A DNA stretch of 33,067 nucleotides, taken from assembly GCA_000934665.2 (NCBI GenBank), contig JYFJ02004320.1, positions 1-33,067 on the forward strand, in the 5' to 3' direction. Shown one piece after another: positions 23,471-32,801 of the stretch; the stretch's first letter is position 1; every line of letters begins with the position of its first letter. The notes below the pieces were generated by a model that had not been told where the DNA came from, ran no database searches, and saw only the letters and a list, made by a program, of their open reading frames with translations. The position numbers and the translations under genes were made by a program. This DNA is from Catajapyx aquilonaris (Eukaryota).

Positions 23471-23854
23471 CAGTACCACTCATAAAGAATGGTGCGACTC
23501 TATGGACAAAATGTTTATTCTGTTCCCAACCCCTGGGTCACCAGCATGTTTTTAGGGGTCATGAGGAAGGCTGGGAAAAGGCAATCAAAATCATGAAAAA
23601 AAGAAGAAAAAATCAAGGCAAAGTAAGAAAATTAAGGGGGGAAATTCATCTGAAATCTATGTAAGCATTGTACCAGGTAGAACATTTTGGTAATAAAAAA
23701 TTCCGGAAAAAGTCGGGAGGGGGTCATATGGGTCGCCAGAGATCTAGGACAAGTTGTCCATAGTGTCGCGATGAAATCAGGTTGGGAATAATGCTGGATA
23801 GTCAGAATAAACATGTCGTCCATAGAGTCGTACCATTCTTTACGAGCGGGACTG
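23471..23854. mobile_element. Tc1/mariner-type MITE with TIRs of about 55 bp
   Basis: TA|CAGTACCACTCATAAAGAATGGTGCGACTCTATGGAC / GTCCATAGAGTCGTACCATTCTTTACGAGCGGGACTG|TA; inner ttcccaacc/ggttgggaa pair. Confidence 0.85.
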
Positions 23855-24253
23855 TACATTCCAACAATAACTGGTCCATATGGCAATGTTGCATGTCGGC
23901 AGACTGCATTCACATTTTGGCAATAAAGAACTTAATGCCCATTCAGGTCCTTAGGTATGAGCAGAGTTACTATCAACAGGAGCACATTTTGCACATCTAC
24001 CTTTTGACCTTACATTTGCCCTTGTACTCCAATGAACATCCACGGCGGGATGGCTGAAACCGTCACAAATGTAATATAATTACAGAAAAGTGGGCAGTAC
24101 AATAAGGATCATCTAAGTGTAGTTCCCACCACCGCATCACCTGGTAGAATTTGAAATCAGTTTGGTTACATTTGCAGCAAACTTGATATTTTAAATACAA
24201 TTGTTTTAAAGGCAAATTAAATCGGTTTCACTGTTGTTAGTATCAATATCAGG

Positions 24254-24490
24254 TGTTGTAGGGGGTACAGCCCCGAGCATAAGTTGGAGATGCGACAGGC
24301 CTTCTCTGAACTTTCTTTATTGGACTCAAATTAACAGACTCTTTTTGGGCCGAGTTACCTGCTTTATGCGTGTGTTCGTGTATTTATAACCATATATTTG
24401 ATACAGTAATGGCGTGGACTAGCAGAGCCCCCTACTGGAGGGGAGGGCCTGCCATCTCCAACTCTGGTCTGTACCTATCCCTATACAACA
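24254..24490. mobile_element. TGT...ACA-bounded element (solo-LTR-like or Ginger-like)
   Basis: TGTTGTA...TACAACA ends with imperfect inverted similarity of about 40 bp (ggtacag..agttggagatg / catctccaact..ctgtacc); no clean TSD. Confidence 0.45.
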
Positions 24491-26051
24491 TGTACTCTGA
24501 GAAAAAGGTGAAGAAGAGGGGGAACAACAGTAGCTCTACAATGGAAATCTGGCAATATCCTGCTGGAACTGGAAGGAAAGCCCAGAAAGACATGGTCGAG
24601 AGAGTCAGAAAATATAATGGAATCAAGGACAACCCAAATGTGATGGCCTGATACCTACTCCATTAGACTAGACTACCTTGCTATAAATAAAATGGGAATC
24701 ACATTTCTAATAATTTAATCATTCACTGTCAATTGGCACTTTTTGCACTCCTTTACAATGTTTCAAAATGGTTTTGACATGGTTTAAAAGTCAAATATAT
24801 TGTCCTACGATCCAATAATAGAAAAGGTTGGAGTGCTATCACAAACAAGCATCACATCTTTTATCCAGGAGTGTGTCAATACCCACAATAGCATGGTCAC
24901 TCCATTGCACATTATTTTCTCCTACCTATCCTGCTGATAAAGACAGGAGTGACGAGATTTTTAAAAATACACAACTAGTAACTACAGTGGCATGCCAGTA
25001 TGAGGTGGCCTGTGCCAGTGTAAAGCAGGGTTTTGTCATTATTTTACCTGAAGCCAATGCAAATGGAAAAAAAAAACGATATTCAACTTCACAAGATGTA
25101 AACAAAAGATATGGTCAAGAAACTTAGCTACACAAATATTATTCCATTCGCCAAACACTCCATACTTATGTTTCTCTTTCTCCGTTATACACTTAGAGAG
25201 GTTCCTCCATTTTCACTGGTAACTACACATACCAGTGTATTATGAAATCACCTTTTAAAGTCTTATAAATAGATTTCGAGCAATAGCCAACAAATCACGC
25301 ACCTCTACAGTGCTCCTATGCAGTCCACTCCATTCCCACAGGGAATTCCATGTCAATTTCTGCATTTTCCATGCCAACACTAATGTTAACAATAATTGGT
25401 ATTTTACAATACTCAAGGTCACAATGGACCTCATCCATGGTATAACATTTAGAGATAGGAATCCTCACTCATTAATTTGTGAAGGCTTTCAAGTTCCATA
25501 CAGCTGGGACACAATTTGTGAGACATTAATTCTTGTGATGCGGAAAAATCTTTGGTATGCAATGACTCTTCCCTCCTGCAATATTACCTTCATAGAACAC
25601 AATATATTGTACTGGAGTTGGATACATTTTAAAACTGCCCATTTCATTACATGATATCTTATTCAAGGGACTCCTACTAACTTTCCCAACATGTGCAGTT
25701 CAGTGAACCCCTCGCTTACATTCTATCAGACCTAAACTGACACTTAGGAAGTCAGTGTACTTACAGCATGCATTCCAGGATCGATTTTGTCACTACAACT
25801 AATAATTTTTTGTGGGAAATGTAAGTAAATAATATCAGAGCAAAAGAGAAACTCACTTTTTTCCTCTAATTTCAAATTGTGAAAATCATGGTGAAAAAAT
25901 CCGGAGTTTGTAATTTTTCTAACTTTGAAATGGCCATGGGTGGATAATTTTTTTAATGTAGCAGTGGTAGGTATGCCCAGTTTGTGTTGTAAAAAATTCA
26001 GAACAGATTTAAAACTGAGTTTCACTTCCCCCACCACAATGGTTATGTCCA

Positions 26052-26185
26052 TTTTGCCATGGTAAAGGGGCTTGCGTTCTCATTCTCTAACGACCCTGAG
26101 AGCTATCCTGGCCGTAGCTTTGCCTACTGGCAAGGTCTGCCAAGCTGGACAGGTCTTTCAGGATTAGAACACAGACAAAGAGGAA
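26052..26185 (+). mobile_element. 5'-region fragment of an RTE-clade LINE
   Basis: ggggcttgcg...gaccctgagagctat...gtagc...tactgg...ggacaggtc...cagacaaagagg follows the motif order I recall for RTE/Expander 5' leaders; recalled, not searched. Confidence 0.55.
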
Positions 26186-26244
26186 CACCAGTTTTTTCTC
26201 TCTTCTTTTTTTCTCTTCATTTCTGTTTCCATCTGTCTCATCTA

Positions 26245-26630
26245 CAGGGTGGCCAAAAAGTCCCACATCAATGGGGAGATCTGTGATTTGCTTTGTAATG
26301 GTGTTTTGTCTTTCCAAAGGTGAACTATGTTGACCACTGAGGAGCATGTGGTACTCATTTTCCTCTGTGGATGCAAAGGCAACACCCCCTGTGGTCCTGA
26401 ATTTTTGGAGCAATCTGCTAATGATGCTTTGCACTACAGGCTCTTCCTTCGGATGCCTTCGATTAAATTCCGACAAGACATCTCTGTGGGTGTAGCCTGC
26501 GCATCCACAGAGGAGCACGAGTTGCACACGCTCGTCAGTGGTCAACATGGTTCACCTGCAGAAAGGCAAAACTCCATTACAAAGCAAATCACAGACTTCC
26601 CCATTGATGCTGGACTTTTCGGCCACCCTG
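26245..26630. mobile_element. Tc1/mariner deletion derivative carrying a transposase N-terminus (DUF4817-like HTH)
   Basis: TA|CAGGGTGGCCAAAAAGTCC...GGACTTTTCGGCCACCCTG|TA; minus ORF from 26548 MLTTDERVQLVLLCG..THRDVLSEFNRRHP..IISRLLQKFRTTGGV is a typical transposase N-terminal HTH; no DDE/D domain. Confidence 0.88.
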
Positions 26631-27514
26631 TATATCTTCCTCGAGACAGATAGCCTCAGAAAACAAGACAAAAACCAGAGTTCATTGTTGCTTATATCTG
26701 CTTACATAATTAACTACTATTGACAATATTATTGGGTGCAATAACAAAATTGATCCTGGAACAGATCCTCATTAATTCATTTACATTAAGGCTTGTCCCT
26801 AATTGAAGGGATAGCCAATAATAACGAGGAACTGCCAGAATGACTTGCTGTAGTCTTTGTCATCTCACATGATTGCATACGTGAACCTTTGGAGTACTGC
26901 TCAGATGTTCGCAGTGAATAGATCCTCTCTATTGTATATCACACTCATCTAACCACTCCTGTGCAGGATCAAGCACTAACCAATCATTTATTAGTATTAC
27001 TAAGGGCATTGAATATGCAGTGTTTCACAATCTTCCTTCCATTAAATTAGTCTTCCAAGACACTCAAGAGGGATGGCACAGTGGTGTAGTGGCTAATGCC
27101 ACAGCCTCCCACCTCTGAGGCCCCCGTTCGATTCATGGGTCAGACATGATTCTCATATGAAGAGTTTGGGTGCAAAAGTGCCCATGTCCATTTTCATGAA
27201 ATCTGAGATAGCAACACCATGTAGTCAATGAGGAGGCCCTTTACAAGTTGGTGTAAAAGTCACAAACAAAATCGCATAAGTCTCGTAGGTATTCACCTTG
27301 AAAAATGTTGACTAGGGAAAAATGCGCCTGAGTCATGCAGGACTTGGTTTGCAAAATTTCCTAAGTCCTTAAGAACCAATTGGGAGCAGAGATTAGGTCA
27401 CATGACAAAATGGCGGCCTCCGTGCTGCAAAGATGCAAAATATTTTATAAGGCGATTGATTACCACTGTTTCTGAACATTGTGACAGTGAATCAGATGAT
27501 GGCTGAGTTAAATA

Positions 27515-28073
27515 CAGGGTGTCACACACCGAAGCAGTAGTGGTGGAGTGAATATGGTGTCCGACTGCTAATCGGGAGGTCCTGGGTTCGAGTCCCGGAG
27601 GCCGGCGATCTTGACCTTGGTTTTCTGTGGTTTTCCAAGGTCGCGCCAGGAAAACTCCGGGATCATACCGTAAAATAGGCCACAGCCGCTTCCTTCCTTT
27701 CCCTGCCCTGGAGGAGGTGCGGAAGTAATTTCGCATAGAAAACGGAGGCGATCTCCCCCCTCTACATTGACCACTAGGTCTCAAGGGGGTACCAAAATAA
27801 ATAAATAAATAAAATAAAATAAAATAAATACAAGATGTCACACAAGTCCAGAACCATAGGTAATTAGATAGCTTGTTGGTTTCTAGTTGTGCCAACTAGT
27901 GGTTTTTACTTTATTTCATTGATTTTATATACCCCATTATGACCCAAAGGGGTCTTTAAGAGGCAATCATCCAACTAACAGTTTGATGACAGTAAGTTAA
28001 GGCTGACTTGGCACAACTGGAAACCAACAATGCAATTCAATTACCTATGGGTCCAGACTTGTGGGACACCATG
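27515..28073. mobile_element. Tc1/mariner-type MITE interrupted by a SINE
   Basis: TA|CAGGGTGTCACAC [SINE] AAGTCCAGAACCATAGGTAATT...AATTACCTATGGGTCCAGACTTGTGGGACACCATG|TA. Confidence 0.8.
27528..27824 (+). mobile_element. Full-length SINE, family A
   Basis: Matches the 8987 copy; B-box ggttcgagtcc; 19-bp TSD with 2 mismatches, taaatacagggtgtcacac (27509-27527) / taaatacaagatgtcacac (27825-27843). Confidence 0.93.
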
Positions 28074-28542
28074 TATTGTAAATTTGATTAATAAATTGAT
28101 AGGAAACGTCACAGTTAGTCATTATTCTGTAGCAAATTCCACATGATAATTATTATTATTATAATGTTTATTGTGTCAATACCACTATGAAGTAAGGCAA
28201 TATTTTGCAAAATCGCCTAAGTCCTAATGGTTAAATGTAATTATCTCTAAAACTGCTGTGACTAGATTTCCTGCACTATTGCCAGTGGAAGGGCATGGAT
28301 CATATCAATTACCGAAGTATAAAGAAGTGACTAATTCTAGCTAGTATGGACGCATTGCTTTCTTGCGCTCTCATGAAAAATGAAGAAAATGGACTTAGGC
28401 ACTTTTGCACCCGAGCTCTTTATATGGAAAGGGTTTTGAGAGGTTCTCCCAAAAATCTCTCTTCCCCTCTGCCAAATAGCCTTAGTTGCTTTGGCTCCCC
28501 CAATCAACCAACCAACCAAGACATTGAGAAAGGCTAATTGCT

Positions 28543-28842
28543 TCATTGAGTGTCATCTGCTCCAACTGTCTGCTCCAATACCTGGTCAGAACTCTCCACA
28601 ATGAGCATGATAGAAGGAGCAGCTGCTTGGTCAAGAGTAGGATCAGATGGGGTCACAGTTGACTCAGCATTGGCAGTAGATGTGGTGGGCTCAGTAGCAG
28701 CAGTAGTACTAGAAGAAGCAGAGGCAGCAACACACTCTACCTGGTGGTTGGGCCAGTCTTTCCTCTGGCAGAAGGACGAGCAATACGGGGTGCAACGGCA
28801 GAGCGAGCATTCAGCCAGGGCTTCACGGTTGCAGTTGGTACA
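28543..28842 (-). CDS. Deaf1: Terminal coding exon of a DEAF-1-like transcription factor (MYND zinc finger)
   Basis: CTNCNREALAECSLCRCTPYCSSFCQRKDWPNHQVEC matches the insect DEAF-1 MYND finger I recall (CANCNREALAECSLCRKTPYCS.FCQRKDW..HQVEC), followed by an IMLIVE-type tail; acceptor ..catgtcccag at 28843; stop at 28543-28545. Confidence 0.9.
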   Translation of the reverse strand, partial: CTNCNREALAECSLCRCTPYCSSFCQRKDWPNHQVECVAASASSSTTAATEPTTSTANAESTVTPSDPTLDQAAAPSIMLIVESSDQVLEQTVGADDTQ

Positions 28843-28902
28843 CTGGGACATGAGAGAGATGATGTCCAAATTAAGGGAAAAGGACTGTAAAATGTTGGTT
28901 AC

Positions 28903-29002
28903 CTTCTTCATGGGGCTGTCAACTTTTTGATTTAAGGCAACTCCTGAGTCAAGGGAATCCACAACATGTACAGCAAACCCCTCTCGAGGCTCAAGCACCG
29001 CT
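28903..29002 (-). CDS. Deaf1: Penultimate coding exon of the DEAF-1-like gene
   Basis: Acceptor catttcag| at 29003 and donor AAG|gtaacc at 28902; encodes AVLEPREG..VDSPMKK; splicing yields KK-CxNC as in DEAF-1. Confidence 0.75.
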
Positions 29003-29299
29003 CTGAAATGGCGCATGAGCTACACTGAAGTGAAGATCTTCCAACTCAAGAATATGTCAATATCCAGTAGAGAAATGTATTTTCAAAATAATAATTCAGT
29101 AGATTCCGCATATAAGGAACTTCCAAGAGACCGCGGAAATCAGTCTGCTATAACCTAGGTCTGTTACAGCCAAATACACAAGTCATATATATGAAAGTAT
29201 ATCATGACCCCCCCACCACACCATTTCCCTAAAATGGCCTGAGAGGCCATGAGAAATAAGTAAAATAATGTAACATGCTTACTCGTCTAGTTTATAAAT

Positions 29300-29654
29300 A
29301 ATATATTATAATAATGCTGGGGTAATGTGCTTTCGCCTCCACCTGGGGGCATATCGCACAGACCTTTATTTGATGAAGGTACATTTAGACGCCTATTGAT
29401 TGAAACGCCCGGGCCCACGGGCAGGATGCCAGGAGGGGATGTGCAAGGTGCAGTGCAATGTCCTTGTGTGGCCATTTTCAATGAACTCCTCCGGGTGGTT
29501 TAGTCTATTGGAAATACCACCAGAGACAAAGTCAGAGGCGACCCTGAACTCTGCATGAGATGAAGGGGGTGTCCCCGGGCGGGATTTGATCCCAGGACCT
29601 TAACATCCGTGGGCACATACGTTACCGCAGAGCCACTTCGCCTCCCTCGGCCTT
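29300..29654 (-). mobile_element. SINE, family D
   Basis: Reverse complement matches the 20794 copy (gggaggcgaagtggctctgcggtaac..catctcatgcagagtt); 12-bp TSD tagtttataaat at 29288-29299 and 29655-29666. Confidence 0.9.
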
Positions 29655-29970
29655 TAGTTTATAAATTAAGTTCTATGAATTGTCCAGAAAATAGCACAGG
29701 CACTGTAAAGTGAGCCTACCTCCGCAGCCTTCCACCTCTAAGGTCCCGAGTTCGATCCCCAGGTCGGACGGAGGATACTTATGTGGATCGAGTTTCGATG
29801 GGTTCTCTCCGTGTTCGCGTGGGTTTTCTCGGGGTTCTCCCGTTTCCTCCCACTATCAAAATCCATCACATTACAGGCAAATGATTAAAGTCGGGTATTC
29901 AAAAGATGGTCCTCTAAGAGGCCCAAGGGGCCTATCACGGGGTATCCATTATTATCCATTATTATTATTA

Positions 29971-31856
29971 TCTATAATATTAAAATGCTTGCGTTGGGGG
30001 ACCGAGCCCTCTGATTGGTCCGCCCCCGTATTATTGCCGCCATCTCTTCCTATTGGCCCCCGTCCATTGTTGCTGCGTCGTATCCATGACGCATTGTTAC
30101 CATGACGCCTCCGATTGGCCCCCGTTCCGAGCATGCGCAATGGGTGGGAGAACGCCACAGTCGCTTGCTGGACGTCAACGAGGACGCGTCATTCTCCTCT
30201 CCCGTGAAGACCCCTCTGCCCCTTCCACCTTCCTCCGCCCACATCTTATTCACGGTGACCTCACAACAGGGGAGGGGGAAATGGAAGCCGTAAACAAGCC
30301 GAACATTGGACTACGGTAGGGATGTTGTTTATCAGTGCAGTGGTGCCAAACTGCCAACTCCGTGGACGTTTATAAAGCAAAATATAATTTCAGTTTTTTA
30401 ACCTTTTGACGAAGGAGTTTTTGAGCCATATTGCCTTACCCCAGGGCCTGAGTTCTTTTTCCCCTTTTCCGGAAATTTGATGACGAGTGATATTTTTAAT
30501 GAATAATAATCCGCGGACTGCCCGGATTACCTAGCGTTACCTGATCAAAATGACCCTGTGACCCATTTTTGAGGGGGGCAGAGGTCAAGTCATAAAATTC
30601 CGACCTCACCGATTTTCTTGAAATTCGGTGCAATGGTAGCCCACCCCAAGGGATGAAAAACGCACCGGCTGAAGTCCAGTTTACAGGCCATTCGCCGAAT
30701 CAATTAGTCACAATTTCCACAATTTCATCGTTGTGTTTGTTCATTACCTAGCAACATACGATTCGGCAACAATGACAACAATGCTCCCATCTGCATTCTG
30801 CTTCAGCTTGAGGAATTAATTCCGGGGTCCCTGCTGGTCACTCCCCCAACTTCAAACCCAGTAGCAAAACAATGATTCAAAGGGTCAGCAAGCCGCAAGT
30901 ACTGTTTCCTAATTGATTCGGCGAACGGCCTGTAAACCCGACATAAGCCCAAAAGGACCCTGCGACCCATATTGGAGGGGGGCAGAGGTGAAATTCCGCC
31001 CTCACTGATTTTCTTGAAATTCAGTGCTTTGACATATGCCCCCCTCCAATGTGGGTCAATTTCGAGCAGGTAATTATAGGTGCGTTTTCATCCCTTGGGG
31101 TGGGCTACCAATGCATGCAATGGAATTCATAATTATGATGTCCGTAGGCCCTGCAGCAATGTAAGCTCAGACATCATAATTAATATGATGTCCGTAGTCG
31201 TCAAAGGGTTAAAGAAGGTCAACCTCCTGTCAACACAGCAGGGAGAGTTTGGATTGGCATCACACAGGATTGGCTGCGATATTCAACACGGAACCCGGGA
31301 ATAGGTCGAGAATATCAAAAGAAATTGTCGGGGAGAATAATGAAATCAGTACTTGATCGTCTTTCTGCAGAGTTCCATGGATGGTCATAATAAAGGGGAG
31401 TTATGATTATGAGCAGTTACAAAACCTGGTCGGAAAGTGTGCATAATATAATTTAGATACATGTGTGCGATGAGTGCATGCGAGTAGAGGCGGTAGAGGC
31501 TGTGAATTTCTGTTCGTACAATAATTTATTGGGGTTTTTAAAAATTCAAAAGGAATTGGTATGTTGAGGTGAGCAAATGCATGCAGAGTATTTCCCAGCC
31601 AATGCAATGCAAAGGTGGGATTTTAGACGGTTCGCAAGGTAGTGCGGAATCGTGGATAACAGTTCAGAATCACGGACGGAGGAACGGGTGGGGTGGGAGT
31701 ACACATATGATTGGGGGATGGGCATCATCACTGGCTATGAGTCGGAAGCGATTTAAAATGCGGTGTCCACCACAGGCGTAGAAAAACGTGAGCGAAGCGA
31801 GTGGTTTTCTACGCCTGTGCCATAGAAATATTCGAGCGGAGCGAGGGTTTTTCTAG
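29971..31856 (+). mobile_element. Non-autonomous Helitron
   Basis: A|TCTATAATATTAAAATG 5' end, subterminal hairpins and TTTTTCTAG|T 3' end; inserted between A and T with no TSD; bracketed by the host SINE's TSD. Confidence 0.88.
30402..31208. mobile_element. piggyBac-like MITE inside the Helitron
   Basis: TTAA|CCTTTTGACGA...TCGTCAAAGGG|TTAA (11-bp TIR, 1 mismatch); internal inverted and direct repeats. Confidence 0.65.
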
Positions 31857-32150
31857 TATTATATTAAAAGTGAGCCTACCTAAAGCCCTATAACCCTCAA
31901 CCTAACATCTTTGGCCACTAGAATGCAATCAGAGCTTTCATGGTTAAAATTCATCTGTGGTAGCACTTCAAGCAGGAAACATTTCGTCATTCCCTCATCT
32001 TAACGAAATTCTAGCAGACAAAGCTGGGAACCAAGAGCATGGCCAGAATGGGGAACTAACCTTGGTCTGTGATCTGGGATCTTTGTTCATAACTACCTAG
32101 CCCATGCCTGTAAACACACATTCCACCACTCTGTTGCATCAAAATGACAT

Positions 32151-32639
32151 CCCACCAAAAACCTTTCTGTAAAAAAGGCCAAGTTCTCCTGACTGCTTGG
32201 CCGTAAAGAGTGGTGAGATCTGAAATACGGCCAAGTTCAACGTCGTTGTCAATTACTGGCATTCTCAACTTCTTAAACCTAAACCACTAACTTTATTTTT
32301 CCAGGTCGACCTTAAGTTTAATCATCAAAACATTTTAATGGAGTTTCTCCTGATGTCACTTGGCCATTGCTCATGTCCGAGGTATTGTTGAATTCTACAA
32401 CTGTTTCAATGTTTTAAGAGCAATGGCCAAGTTACAGCAAGAGATATTCCATTAAAATTTTTTGATGATTAAACTTAAGGTCGACCTGGAAAAACAAAGT
32501 TAGTGGTTTAGGTTGAAGAAGTTGAGAATGCCAGTAATTGACAACGAAGTTGAACTTGGCCGTATTTCAGATCTCACCACTTTTTACGGCCAAGCAGTCA
32601 GGAGAACTTGGCCTTTTTTACAGAAAGGTTTTTGGTGGG
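32151..32639. mobile_element. Near-perfect fold-back MITE, CCC...GGG termini with AT 2-bp TSD (CACTA/EnSpm-like)
   Basis: AT|CCCACCAAAAACCTTTCTGTAAAAAAGGCC...GGCCTTTTTTACAGAAAGGTTTTTGGTGGG|AT; arms of about 230 bp give the mirrored ORFs 32056-32268 and 32513-32776. Confidence 0.88.
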
Positions 32640-32801
32640 ATCTCACCTCTTTTTGTAGGCAGGAGTGTAGGATAATTATAAGAAATCTCGGGGAGCCCCC
32701 TACGGTTGGGCGTGGAAGTAATGGTCCGTTAAATATTCCAAATAAGGTAATGTATAACTTAGAGCAAAATGTGTAGGTTATATACGAAAGTATGTAAAAC
32801 T

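Larger units (their letters stand above)
25773..26761. mobile_element. Old TIR element enclosing younger insertions
   Basis: TTCCAGGATCGATTTTGTCACTACA at 25773 vs reverse complement TTCCAGGATCAATTTTGTTATTGCA ending at 26761; TSD not recognisable. Confidence 0.5.
27159..28421. mobile_element. Sola1-like non-autonomous DNA transposon
   Basis: ATAT|GAAGAGTTTGGGTGCAAAAGTGCCCATGTCCATTTTC...GAAAATGGACTTAGGCACTTTTGCACCCGAGCTCTTT|ATAT; an AWWT TSD is characteristic of Sola1. Confidence 0.82.
27070..28515 (+). mobile_element. Old family-B-related SINE, split by the 27159-28421 insertion
   Basis: Head gtggtgtagtggctaatgccacagcctc..gttcgattc..cagacatgattctc|ATAT continues after 28425 as ggaaagggttttgagaggttctccc, matching family B; (CAAC)n tail; flanks share ccaagaca (27055, 28516). 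Confidence 0.7.
29722..31866 (+). mobile_element. 5'-truncated family-B SINE (body 29722-29970) whose tail is split by a Helitron
   Basis: B-box gagttcgatccc; matches 13379-13704; 15-bp TSD aaagtgagcctacct at 29707-29721 and 31867-31881. Confidence 0.9.

Noticed and set aside
28550..28930. 126-aa plus-strand ORF
   Set aside because: Antisense shadow of the Deaf1 exons.
31900..32110. Two small candidate upstream Deaf1 exons (about 31902-31954 and 32061-32107)
   Set aside because: Their phases are mutually incompatible, one donor is weak, and neither peptide resembles DEAF-1 as far as I can tell; needs RNA-seq.
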